64,000 nucleotides of DNA from Patescibacteria group bacterium. Its GTDB lineage: Bacteria; Patescibacteriota; Dojkabacteria; J137. Shown in pieces: positions 19,324-29,126 of the stretch. Numbering within the stretch: position 1 is the first letter of the stretch; each line of letters opens with the position of its first letter. The notes below the pieces were generated by a model. The model saw only the letters and a program-made list of their open reading frames with translations. It did no database searches and was not told the DNA's origin. The DNA lies in assembly GCA_963169855.1 (NCBI GenBank), contig CAUJCN010000002.1, positions 197,508 to 261,507 of the forward strand, read 5' to 3'. Both the position numbers and the translations under genes were made by a program.

Positions 19324-20058
19324 ATGAAAATAGTAGTTTCGGGATGGCCAGGTTGCGGAGCAACAACACTTACTCTTTTACTCGCGAAAATTTACAAACT
19401 AAAGCTCGTTCGTGGCTCAGAAACGTTTCGATTAATTCTTAAAGGAATGAACCTCGGCGAAACTGGCGCAGATATCGTTAAAGCTGAAAGCCTTATTCAA
19501 CCATACTACGGACCTCTTTACGACAAATATATTTCAACACTTTTTGCAGAAAGTTCAGATGATTTAATAGTAGATAGCGATATAGCAGGATTCTTCATAC
19601 CTGATAGCGAAAATCTAACTAAGATCTTCCTTATCGGATCGGACGAATCTCGAAGAAGTCACTTCATAACTGATTCTAGAGCAGAAGATGTTGATATTCA
19701 GAAAGAAAGAGACGCATCTTTGCGAGAAGCTTATAAGATGTACGGGTTTGATATTTTTGATCAGGTACAAATAAGGGAACATTACGACATTCTGTTCGAT
19801 AATTCAGAAACACTAATCGCTGAGCAGCTCTTTCAAATTACTAACAAAATCAGACCTTTGCTGACTTTAGAACAGGCAGCCGAAATTGAGTCAGATTACT
19901 GGAAGATTGGTAAATCTGGTTTAATTGATCAATTAGCGGAGCAAAACTTAATTCTTAGAGGAAAAGAAATTCTTCAGGATATATTTAAGAAATTCGCTGA
20001 CGAAATTGAGCAATTACCCGAAGAAGTTAGGTCTGCGATACGAAAGTCAATTCTTTAG
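19324..20058 (+). CDS. cytidylate-kinase-like P-loop protein with degenerate Walker A
   Basis: MKIVVSGWPGCGATT, FR, RD...R..Y..YG.D. Confidence 0.6.
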   Translation: MKIVVSGWPGCGATTLTLLLAKIYKLKLVRGSETFRLILKGMNLGETGADIVKAESLIQPYYGPLYDKYISTLFAESSDDLIVDSDIAGFFIPDSENLTKIFLIGSDESRRSHFITDSRAEDVDIQKERDASLREAYKMYGFDIFDQVQIREHYDILFDNSETLIAEQLFQITNKIRPLLTLEQAAEIESDYWKIGKSGLIDQLAEQNLILRGKEILQDIFKKFADEIEQLPEEVRSAIRKSIL

Positions 20059-21703
20059 AGTTTTTCTTCTTAACAAAGAACACCAAAACGAAAATTATTA
20101 CCCCACCTGCAATCAAAAGCGATGTTTTTACGACAGAGTCCAATGCAGTATTTACAGGATAAGATGCGCTCGATAGCACTGTAAGTTCTAGAATCTTGCC
20201 ATTGCTCAGTTCGATTTTTAATGTACCAGGAGCTTTGTTTATTGGAATTAGATTCTCTCCAGGAATTATTACTCTATCAAAACTGTTCACAATCAAATTC
20301 AGTGCTCCATTAAGTTCAGATTTGTTAATAGTAAAAATTGAATTCGTTTTATTTGAAATCTGTACAAGGTTAGCAGAAGTGTCTGTTATTGTAATTTCAC
20401 CTTGTTCTGGCATTGTTAACGCAGACATCGGTTCGATTCTTACAACCTCTGGAGTATCACCAAAAACTCCCAATGCAAGATCTTTAACATTATTAGTTAC
20501 TCTTCCCATTATTAGTTTCGTAGGATTTTGGTTTCCTAAAAACTGTTCAGCAAATAGGTTAATTTCCCCTACCTCCGAAGCTACCCAAGCAATGGGGAAA
20601 TTGATTTCAAAAGGATCTAAAATATATCCATATCTTACTTCTGCTTTAACTCCAGCTTTGTTTAAGGATGAACTGATTATCATTGCAGCTTCGAAACTAT
20701 TCAGAGCTTCGCCACTATCGGCTTTAGTCCACAACACATCTGTTAAATCTCTAGAAACTTTAAAGCCTCTATTAAGATTCATACTCGATTTCAAATAATC
20801 TAGAACCTTTGTCCTGTCTTTAAATTGAGCTTCTTGAGCTAACTCCTTATAGAATGTTGAATCCTCGTTAACCTCAATTCCTTCTGTCTCTGACACAGTA
20901 TCAGATTCCTGTGATTGAATATCTGCTGAGGCTTCTATTAGGACTTCACCGGGTTTAGCAACCCCATAATAGTTAGAATGACCTTTTAAACCCGCTATAA
21001 CCCCAGTCATTTTTGAATACTGAATACTTTGCCCTGCATCTTGAGCGGGTAGATTCACAAGAATATCGCTGCCTTCCTCTGCAAGCAATGTGTACTTAAG
21101 TCTAAAACTGTACATGTTACTTGTTCTCCAGGTAACCTTCAAATTTTCTGTAGAGGTGAAAGTCGAAATTTTCTGATTCTGAGAAGTGATCGTTGATGGA
21201 CTAACATCTCTCGATAGATAAGCACTGCCATAGCTCTCTGGAAAAGCTAAGGTGTAGTAAACGTTTTGACCTGTAATTGGATTCACAAGATCTAACTCTC
21301 TAAAGCCACTGATATTACTTTCCACTGTCGAGACAGTTAAATTCACATAAACAGAACTTCTAGCCATGTACGGGAGTGGTCTTGCGAAGTTTAAAAGAAT
21401 GCTATTGTATTCGCCTGGAGTTACTTTATAGTCTTGCAAATCATTTGTGCTTACATTCAATGCTGAGTATTCTTTGAATGGGATAGAAAATTCAAAAGAG
21501 GTAATGTATTTGTCTGGTGTGGTATTTTCAATTTCAAAATTTAATGTATACGACAACGAGTTATCGTCATAAACTTGGTATTCAGCTTTTATTGATCCTT
21601 CCACAATGTTACCGCTTGCCTTTACACTTGCAGTAAATAGTAATAAAAATCCGACAAAAATGGTAAAATGTAAGACGTATTTAGTAAATTTCAAGTGTCG
21701 CAT
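20027..21703 (-). CDS. secreted/membrane protein with a transglutaminase-like domain lacking the catalytic Cys
   Basis: signal peptide, NSFEAA...LNKAGVKAEVRYGY...AWV, C-terminal TM. Confidence 0.6.
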   Translation of the reverse strand: MRHLKFTKYVLHFTIFVGFLLLFTASVKASGNIVEGSIKAEYQVYDDNSLSYTLNFEIENTTPDKYITSFEFSIPFKEYSALNVSTNDLQDYKVTPGEYNSILLNFARPLPYMARSSVYVNLTVSTVESNISGFRELDLVNPITGQNVYYTLAFPESYGSAYLSRDVSPSTITSQNQKISTFTSTENLKVTWRTSNMYSFRLKYTLLAEEGSDILVNLPAQDAGQSIQYSKMTGVIAGLKGHSNYYGVAKPGEVLIEASADIQSQESDTVSETEGIEVNEDSTFYKELAQEAQFKDRTKVLDYLKSSMNLNRGFKVSRDLTDVLWTKADSGEALNSFEAAMIISSSLNKAGVKAEVRYGYILDPFEINFPIAWVASEVGEINLFAEQFLGNQNPTKLIMGRVTNNVKDLALGVFGDTPEVVRIEPMSALTMPEQGEITITDTSANLVQISNKTNSIFTINKSELNGALNLIVNSFDRVIIPGENLIPINKAPGTLKIELSNGKILELTVLSSASYPVNTALDSVVKTSLLIAGGVIIFVLVFFVKKKNSKELTFVSQT

Positions 21704-22498
21704 AATTTCAAAAAAAGATTTGGTCAGAACTTCTTAAAGAATACCAGATTTGCGTGGAGATTGGTTGAAGTATCTGATCCACAAGAAGGTGATCAATACA
21801 TCGAAATAGGTCCGGGAGATGGAAACATCACCCAATTTTTGTTGGAATCTCATGTAAAAGTAATGTGTGTAGAGGTCGATTATGACCTAATTCCTAAATT
21901 GATTAAGAGATTCGACATCGATGCAGATCCAGATTCACAAATTCAGATTGTACACAAAGACGTAATGGATTTAGATAAAGATTTCTACGATAAATTCGCG
22001 GGAAAGTCAGTGAAAATTATCGGTTCTTTACCTTACAATATTTCAAAGAAGATCATCGATAAATTCTTATCAGCCCATGAGCAAGGACTTTTAGATGTTT
22101 CCAACATGACATTCATTGTTCAGGAAGAGGTGTCTCAAGATATTGTATCTATGCCACCAAAAGCTAATTTCTTTAGCACCTTAATGCACATTAGATCAAA
22201 AGTGAAAAAGTTCGAAAGTATTCCTGCAAGACACTTTTTTCCAGTTCCTAAGGTAAACGGAGGTATTCTACAGATCACACCAAATGGTAAAGGTTTCTCT
22301 GAATCATTAATCAAATTTATCAAAATTGCTTACTCATCTCCAAGAAAACAGATGGTAGGAAACATAGTAAATTCAAACAAGTATAAAGCTGAAGATGTTC
22401 GAAACGCTGTAAAAGAGCTAGGGATCAGTGAAACAGCTCGAGCTCAGGAGGTCGAAATCGAAAAATGGGAACCTTTCTACAAGAAATTGAATCCTTAA
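21695..22498 (+). CDS. rsmA: 16S rRNA m6,6A dimethyltransferase
   Basis: KKRFGQNFL, EIGPGDG, SLPYNIS, F.PVPKV. Confidence 0.95.
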   Translation: MSHNFKKRFGQNFLKNTRFAWRLVEVSDPQEGDQYIEIGPGDGNITQFLLESHVKVMCVEVDYDLIPKLIKRFDIDADPDSQIQIVHKDVMDLDKDFYDKFAGKSVKIIGSLPYNISKKIIDKFLSAHEQGLLDVSNMTFIVQEEVSQDIVSMPPKANFFSTLMHIRSKVKKFESIPARHFFPVPKVNGGILQITPNGKGFSESLIKFIKIAYSSPRKQMVGNIVNSNKYKAEDVRNAVKELGISETARAQEVEIEKWEPFYKKLNP

Positions 22499-24258
22499 AG
22501 TCTTAATCCTCCAAGTCTGAATATTGGATTCAGGTATCTTCTCAGGATTTTTAGCTCCTCCATCTTTAATAGATGGGAAACTAGGTAATACACCATAGAT
22601 GAAGTTGCAACAGTAATCATTGTAAGAATGAACAAGTTTATTGTTGTAGATCCTCTATAAGCATTACCCGTCGAAGTTGGCACTGTGTAATAAAGTACAT
22701 TCCAAGTTTTGTACATTAAATACATTGTTACAAACATAGCTAGACCTGCAATGAATTTTGGGATTAGTGATTTGAATAATTTTCCTAGTTCAAGTTTGAA
22801 TTTTGTATAGTTAAATACAAGAATCAAAGCCACAAATTCGATAGTGTAAGCTACACTCATCCCTAAAGAGATTCCTCCAACTGCAGCCATCCCCTCACCT
22901 CTAGTTGTCAGATTTTCCATTGTTACGTGAGTTGCGGTAATTGCATATTCAGCATTATGACTAAACAAGTTTGTAAATGCGATTGCAAGTACGATGTTTA
23001 ATATTAGCGATCCTAAAGATATCAAAAATGGCATTAGAGTTTCCTTGGATGCGTAGTAAAGCCTGTACATGTACCATTTGCCAATAACGAAAATGTGTCC
23101 CACAGCGAACCACAAAAGAACCCAAGCAATTTGATAAGTTCCATCTAAGTCTAAAGCTGTATCCGTTTTTAAACCAAACGTAAGTCTAACTACAGGAACT
23201 CTCATAATTATCAAAGTAATTATGAAAGGCAACGCTAAGAAAATCATTTCATTGAAAGTTTTATTCACAATGTAAACGATTCCTTTATAATCTTTATCTT
23301 CGTAGTGTTCAGAAAGCTTTGGGAAAGACGCATATGCAAAAGTAAATGCGAACAATTGCGGAACAACTAACGATAAGGAATTTGCAAAGTTCAAAGAAGT
23401 TGCAGCTTTAACCCCAAATGCGATTGCATCGTTGATAGTCAAAGCAATATGTTCCGATGCTACTGCAAACATTCTAGGTATCGAAATTCGCAGCAATTCA
23501 CCCAAATAAGGACCCTTAAATGAGAAAATCATCATATACCTCAATCCAAGGTAACGAGCTAACGGAATTTGAACAAGCAAGTGTAAAACTGAACCGATAT
23601 AAACTCCAATTACAACAGCCCATGGGGAAGGATTTCCACCCATTAACGGGATAAGTACAATCAATCCAAAAATTCTTCCTAAGTTGAAAAATAACGGTGA
23701 AAGCTGAGGAACTAAGTATCTATTATAAATATTAATTCCATTAGAAATGAAAACACTTATTGCCAAGATTATTTGTGGCAATAAAAGTACTCTTAAATAA
23801 TCAACAATGTTGGACATTTGATCTGGTGTGGGATAATTCTCACCAGCAAATGCTCCTAAATACAATGGGAAGAATCTATCAGCAAAGAAGAAAATTACTA
23901 TTGAAAGAATTCCAAAGATTAGCAAAGACCAATTCAAAATAGCATTGTACAATCTCAAGAAGGCTTCTTCTCCTTCCTTTTTTCTTGCAGAAATCAGCGT
24001 TGGAATTACAACCGCTCCTACAGAACCTAAAATTAATACATTCGAAATTAAATCAGGAATTGAGCTAGCAAGAATAAATTGATTGTATTCAACACTTTTT
24101 GTTCCAAATGATGATGCAGCAAGAAGATTGAAAACCTGTCCAGTTATCTTTGTTAAAAGTACTGGTAACATTGCGAATAAAGCAGTCTGCAAAATCTCAG
24201 TCTGTTCCATCGACAGGATATTTCTAAGATTTTGCAGACTTCTTCTGATAGGTGTCAT
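22495..24258 (-). CDS. murJ: lipid II flippase MurJ (MviN)
   Basis: A.SIPD, IPTL, LQ.P, ANSL...P, FPKLS, RLYYA.KET..P; about 14 TM. Confidence 0.85.
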   Translation of the reverse strand: MTPIRRSLQNLRNILSMEQTEILQTALFAMLPVLLTKITGQVFNLLAASSFGTKSVEYNQFILASSIPDLISNVLILGSVGAVVIPTLISARKKEGEEAFLRLYNAILNWSLLIFGILSIVIFFFADRFFPLYLGAFAGENYPTPDQMSNIVDYLRVLLLPQIILAISVFISNGINIYNRYLVPQLSPLFFNLGRIFGLIVLIPLMGGNPSPWAVVIGVYIGSVLHLLVQIPLARYLGLRYMMIFSFKGPYLGELLRISIPRMFAVASEHIALTINDAIAFGVKAATSLNFANSLSLVVPQLFAFTFAYASFPKLSEHYEDKDYKGIVYIVNKTFNEMIFLALPFIITLIIMRVPVVRLTFGLKTDTALDLDGTYQIAWVLLWFAVGHIFVIGKWYMYRLYYASKETLMPFLISLGSLILNIVLAIAFTNLFSHNAEYAITATHVTMENLTTRGEGMAAVGGISLGMSVAYTIEFVALILVFNYTKFKLELGKLFKSLIPKFIAGLAMFVTMYLMYKTWNVLYYTVPTSTGNAYRGSTTINLFILTMITVATSSMVYYLVSHLLKMEELKILRRYLNPIFRLGGLRL

Positions 24259-24259
24259 G

Positions 24260-24883
24260 TTATACGAATGTCCAAGATATTAAACCAATAAACATTCCCA
24301 AAGCTGCTCCAATGAATAGTTGAAATTTATTATGCTTTTCCAAAACCAATCTTGATTGAGCAATTAAAGGCAGTCCAATCAATCCCACTAACCACCATAA
24401 CGAAATCGCATTTGCTAAGAAAATCATTGTGAATCCCCAAGAATAGGTATGAAAACTCATTTTATCTATAAATTTATTAACAAAATACAAAATTCCAAAA
24501 AGCACAGTTAGAAGCATGGCAATGTACATCCAAAAGTAATTCATGTTGAAAGCTTTTGTAATCACAACTGCAAAAACTGCACCGAATAACGCAGACAAGT
24601 AAACAATATTTCTATTTTCTCTAGAAAGTGCAAATCCGTTTCCATTTCTATTCTCTTTAAATAACTGCCAAAGATAGAAGTATACAGGAATTACAGTTAC
24701 TAAGAAAAGGAAAGCTATATACTGGAATGGATCGTACTGAATAACAAGACTGTATAAGCCAAAAGACATACCTAGAACTAGTACAAATAGTGGATGCGAT
24801 ATCCCTGAGATGAATTTTGCCCAGTTTTCTTCCTTCAAAGTAGTATTGATAACTTTATTTATTGTAGAACAAATAATCGACAA
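24260..24883 (-). CDS. PAP2-like membrane protein
   Basis: KMSFH...SRLVLEKH motifs; start uncertain. Confidence 0.6.
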   Translation of the reverse strand: MSIICSTINKVINTTLKEENWAKFISGISHPLFVLVLGMSFGLYSLVIQYDPFQYIAFLFLVTVIPVYFYLWQLFKENRNGNGFALSRENRNIVYLSALFGAVFAVVITKAFNMNYFWMYIAMLLTVLFGILYFVNKFIDKMSFHTYSWGFTMIFLANAISLWWLVGLIGLPLIAQSRLVLEKHNKFQLFIGAALGMFIGLISWTFV

Positions 24884-24910
24884 GTAGAAGCGGATTCTAA
24901 AACCCTAGTT

Positions 24911-24948
24911 CCCGCCTCCCTTCGACTACGCTCAGGGTGACAGCGGGA
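24911..24948. repeat. REP-like hairpin CCCTTCGACTACGCTCAGGGTGACA downstream of pnp
   Basis: CCCGC...GCGGG outer stem around a recognisable REP-like core. Confidence 0.6.
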
Positions 24949-24971
24949 TCTGCATAGCTTTTTCGAATCTA

Positions 24972-27155
24972 TTACTTCTTCTGATTATATTTTTCAAGCT
25001 TAGCTGCCATTTCTGCAGGTTGCTCTACTCCCTTCATTGTGAAGCTTAGTTTTCCTCTTTCGATTTTTTCAACTTTTACGTTTACGATTTCTCCCGGTTT
25101 GAAAACTTCTTCAACTTTCATGTCTCGAGTATTTTCTGCGATAGCTGAAACATGACAAAGTCCTGAAATATTCTGAGTTACATCAACAAAGATTCCGTAA
25201 GGCATTGGCTTAGAAATTCTTCCAGTGTAAGTCTTTCCAATCTCAGCCTGCTCGAATCTTGAATCTAATTGACTCTTAACAAAGTCTAATTGAGCTTTAT
25301 TTGAGGCAGTCACAAGAATTGTTCCTTCGTCGTCGATATTTAAGTCAAGATCTTTTCCAAGTTCTTTTCCTCTCTCAATTAATTCTCGGATATTCTTTCC
25401 TCCTGGGCCAATAAACTCACCTATTCTTTCTTTATCGATTGAGATTGTAGTTACAATTGGTGCATTAGGACTAACTTCTGGTCTTGGTGCAGGAATTGCT
25501 GCCTTCATAACTTCTAATACTTGAAGTCTTCCAGTTTTAGCAAGTCTGAATGCTTCTTTAAGAACAGCTGGTTTTACTCCTCTCAATTTGTTTTCGTATT
25601 GAATAGCTGTAATTCCTTCTGTAGTTCCTGTAACTTTAAAGTCCATGTCTCCATAGAAATCTTCAATTCCTTCGATGTCTAACAATAGTCTGTAGTCATC
25701 TTCATTTTCTGAGTTTGTAATCAAACCAACTCCGATTCCAGCAACTGCTGCCTTCATTGGGACTCCTGCAGCCATCAACGCCATGCAAGATGCACAAGTT
25801 GCAGCCATAGATGTTGATCCGTTAGAAGATAGAATTTCTGATACAACTCTAATTGTGTATGGGAATACATCCTCAGAAGGCAACATGTTCTTCAAAGCGT
25901 TTTCTCCAATTGCTCCGTGTCCAACCTCTCTTCTACCAGGTCTAAAATTGAATTTTCCAGCTTCTCCTGTTGAGTATGGAGGCATGTTGTAGTGGTGCAT
26001 AAAGCTTTTTGTGGATTCTCCTTCCATCTCATCAAGAACTTGAGCGTCTCCTAGAGAACCTAAAGTTACAATAGATAAGGACTGAGTTAATCCTCTATTG
26101 AACAACGCACTTCCGTGAACTGTATTGATTACATCAACTTCAGCAGACAAAGGTCTGATTTGGTCTAAACCTCTTTCTAATCTTCTCTTATTATTTTTCA
26201 TAATAGAATCTCTTAGAACTTTTCTAGCAACGTAGTCAATTCCCATGTCTAAATCGTGAGCAGTGAATTCTGCACCTTCTTTTGTAAACAATTCGTCCTC
26301 TAACAATTCTTTTGTGATTGTTGCAATCATTCCATTTCTATCAGCTTTTTCTGGTTGGAAAATGCTGTTTTCAATTTCAGCAATCTTTTTAGCTTTGATC
26401 AATTCGATAACCTCTTTTGGAGCTGGTAATTCGATGTCATCACCAAAATCAGTCATTCGTTCTTCCCCTTTCTTTGAGAAGTATTCGTTTACAAAGTCGT
26501 TCTGAATTTCGTTTAAAGCAGTAATTGCTTCCATAGACTTATCAAGAACCTGGTCCATCTTATCTTCTGGTAATTCTTTACCCCATCCTTCGATGTTTAA
26601 GAATTTTCCTGTTACTCCAGAGATTAAGAATTCAGCGATTTCGTCGTTTCTTTCTGTAACTAATGAATTCAAATGAATATCTCCGTTAGTACTTACTGAT
26701 GTAACAACGCTTGAAGAAGGTCCAAAATATGGAACTCCAGCCATCATTAAAGCGATACTTGCCCCAAAAACAGCTAGTGGCTCAGGGTCATTAATTCCAT
26801 CGTAGCTCATAACTGTAAGAGCCACTAAAACAGGTTTTCTAAATCCCTTTGGGAATAAAGATCTGATTGAATGGTCTACCTGTCTAGCTTTGATAATAGC
26901 TTCGTCAGAAGGTGATCCTTCTCTTTTTAAATATTTAGAGCTGTTGATTGCTCCTCTAGCGTACATTTTTTCTACGTATTCAACAGACAATGGAAAGAAA
27001 TCTTGCTGAGTTTCTTCCTTAGAAACTGTTACAGTAGCAAACAAAGTTGTTCCGCCCAGTTCAAGCAATACAGATCCTGCTGCCTGCCAAGCCAATTTGC
27101 CTGTGGAAAGTTTAACTTCTTTTCCTAAGAAGTCGTATGTTTTGGATATCTCCAT
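24972..27155 (-). CDS. pnp: polyribonucleotide nucleotidyltransferase
   Basis: FFPLSVEY, HGSALFNRG.TQ, RREVGHG, SNGSTSMA, GDMDFKV, KH and S1 domains; ATG at 27155. Confidence 0.98.
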   Translation of the reverse strand: MEISKTYDFLGKEVKLSTGKLAWQAAGSVLLELGGTTLFATVTVSKEETQQDFFPLSVEYVEKMYARGAINSSKYLKREGSPSDEAIIKARQVDHSIRSLFPKGFRKPVLVALTVMSYDGINDPEPLAVFGASIALMMAGVPYFGPSSSVVTSVSTNGDIHLNSLVTERNDEIAEFLISGVTGKFLNIEGWGKELPEDKMDQVLDKSMEAITALNEIQNDFVNEYFSKKGEERMTDFGDDIELPAPKEVIELIKAKKIAEIENSIFQPEKADRNGMIATITKELLEDELFTKEGAEFTAHDLDMGIDYVARKVLRDSIMKNNKRRLERGLDQIRPLSAEVDVINTVHGSALFNRGLTQSLSIVTLGSLGDAQVLDEMEGESTKSFMHHYNMPPYSTGEAGKFNFRPGRREVGHGAIGENALKNMLPSEDVFPYTIRVVSEILSSNGSTSMAATCASCMALMAAGVPMKAAVAGIGVGLITNSENEDDYRLLLDIEGIEDFYGDMDFKVTGTTEGITAIQYENKLRGVKPAVLKEAFRLAKTGRLQVLEVMKAAIPAPRPEVSPNAPIVTTISIDKERIGEFIGPGGKNIRELIERGKELGKDLDLNIDDEGTILVTASNKAQLDFVKSQLDSRFEQAEIGKTYTGRISKPMPYGIFVDVTQNISGLCHVSAIAENTRDMKVEEVFKPGEIVNVKVEKIERGKLSFTMKGVEQPAEMAAKLEKYNQKK

Positions 27156-27175
27156 ACTTTTATAATAAAAATTAA

Positions 27176-27255
27176 TTAGGAGGTGATTGCGAAAAGAATA
27201 TGTATAAAAGCTCCTTGAACTTGCACACATATCCTTTCGCTGCAATTTCTCCTAA
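27176..27255 (-). promoter_or_regulatory. long 5'-UTR hairpin of pnp (candidate RNase III site)
   Basis: TTAGGAG/CTCCTAA, ATTGC/GCAAT, GCGAAAGGATATGT/ACATATTCTTTTCGC pairings. Confidence 0.7.
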
Positions 27256-27360
27256 GGGCTATTATATAACATTTTTAGGCAATAAAGCACCCTTGTGGAA
27301 GTGGAATTTATAAAGTAAAATCCTGAGAATTTACAAGAAACATACACATCAATTTACAAA

Positions 27361-27975
27361 ATGGAAAATGTAAGAGAAATCGAAGCTGAATTGCATGCAC
27401 TTTTGGTTGACGAATTTGGAGAAGCTAAAGTTAACGAGATGATGAGAGATCTAGATACAGAAAACGAAACTATAAACAATAACTTGTTTAACGCTAGGAG
27501 TGATGGTTTGTGTGTATTTTTAAAAGCATGTGGAATTTCTGATCAGAAGGCACAACATTTCTTAGAGGTTGTGCTATTTAATGATGAATTAATGAAATCG
27601 TTTAATCTTATCTACATTATTTTAAAAAATACAGGAGGTGTTCATATATTTCCAGAAACAATGTCATTAGCTTCTTTCAGAATAATGCTATTTGATGGAG
27701 TAACGTCAGTCTTCATGGATCTGATAGAAAAATGCCTAGGCAAGAATCTCAGATTTCACTCAGCAACTTTGAAAGAACAACTTGAACTCGAATATTCTTT
27801 GGCAATAGTTTTTAATGCAATTATATTTGGGAAGGAGATGGTTAACCCGGTAAATGTTGATAGGGCTGAATACCACGAATCAATGCCTGAAAAAGATTTA
27901 CCTGAAGTTCGAGTGGAAGATTTTATAAACGAAAGGGCTGATATATTTCAATACTACTTTGCAGAAGCAGCCTAA
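27361..27975 (+). CDS. hypothetical protein
   Basis: 204-aa ORF. Confidence 0.7.
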   Translation: MENVREIEAELHALLVDEFGEAKVNEMMRDLDTENETINNNLFNARSDGLCVFLKACGISDQKAQHFLEVVLFNDELMKSFNLIYIILKNTGGVHIFPETMSLASFRIMLFDGVTSVFMDLIEKCLGKNLRFHSATLKEQLELEYSLAIVFNAIIFGKEMVNPVNVDRAEYHESMPEKDLPEVRVEDFINERADIFQYYFAEAA

Positions 27976-29126
27976 AGAGCTTTAATAATCTCAGCGATTT
28001 TTCTTGGGGCATCTAGGTCAATTAAAGTTTTTGCGAAGTCTTGGCAGCTCTCTAAACTTTCTCCATTGAATCCTTTTTTCGACTTCTTTTGATTGATTCC
28101 GATTAGAATTGCTTGGTAAAGAGTTTCTGGCATCATCTTTTCATTTTGGATTAATGTATAACCCAATCCAGTTTTCTCTACATACTTAGCGTTTACCACT
28201 TGCTCATCATGCGAAGTATTGGGAATAGGAATCAAAACACACAATTTCCCAAGAGCAAGAATTTCTGTAATTGTGTTCGCACCACTTCTACCCACAACTA
28301 GGTCAGCTCTTCCGAATACTTCCCCAATATGTTCTGTAGAAACATAATCTGTAATAACGTATCTCCTTTTCTTTTCAATCGGTAAACTGTTCTGAATTTC
28401 TTTTGCTCTCTGGAAGTCATTAGTAACTGTAGAATTTCCTGTTTGATGAATTACGTTTACATCTTCTAAAAGTTTATCAATAAAATCGAAAACTCTTTTG
28501 TTGATTTGGTTAGACCCTTGATTTCCGCCAGTAATGTATACAGTTGGTCTTTTTGGATCTAAATCTTTAGTATAGAAATCAGTTTTAGAAACCAAAACCT
28601 CTCTTCGTATTGGGTTCCCAACTAGAACAGTCTTATTTTTTGGATAGTACTTTAGTGATGTATCCCAAGAAACTAAAACCTTATTAGCAAACTTGGCAAT
28701 TATTTTATTTGATAATCCTGCGACTACTGTTTGCTCATGAGTAACAATCTTCTTGCGGAACAACCAACCTGCAATTGCAATTGGAACTGCGGTGTATCCA
28801 CCAAAGCTTACAATGGTTTGAGGTTGCTCTTTCAGAACTATCCAAAACGCTTTAATAATTCCCACGAAAACCATAAATAAATCCCAGAAGAATTTATAGA
28901 ACTTTCGCAGAGGAAGATGTCTATTTAGTTTCCCTGAATTTAAGTTAATGAATGGAATTCCTAGTTTAGAAATTGTAATGTATTCTGCGGAATGAGATTG
29001 GTTTCCCATCTGATTGTACTTCTGTCCAACCCAAACAAATTTTGCATATCCATTTTTTCGAAGTTCTGAAAGTACTGCCAGTGCAGGTGTCATGTGACCA
29101 CCAATAAGCATTACTTTACCCTTCAT
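27972..29126 (-). CDS. murG: lipid II GlcNAc transferase
   Basis: GGHMTPA, FGGY, HEQ, GNPIR, GGNQGS, RSGANT, EQVVNA. Confidence 0.95.
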   Translation of the reverse strand: MKGKVMLIGGHMTPALAVLSELRKNGYAKFVWVGQKYNQMGNQSHSAEYITISKLGIPFINLNSGKLNRHLPLRKFYKFFWDLFMVFVGIIKAFWIVLKEQPQTIVSFGGYTAVPIAIAGWLFRKKIVTHEQTVVAGLSNKIIAKFANKVLVSWDTSLKYYPKNKTVLVGNPIRREVLVSKTDFYTKDLDPKRPTVYITGGNQGSNQINKRVFDFIDKLLEDVNVIHQTGNSTVTNDFQRAKEIQNSLPIEKKRRYVITDYVSTEHIGEVFGRADLVVGRSGANTITEILALGKLCVLIPIPNTSHDEQVVNAKYVEKTGLGYTLIQNEKMMPETLYQAILIGINQKKSKKGFNGESLESCQDFAKTLIDLDAPRKIAEIIKAL

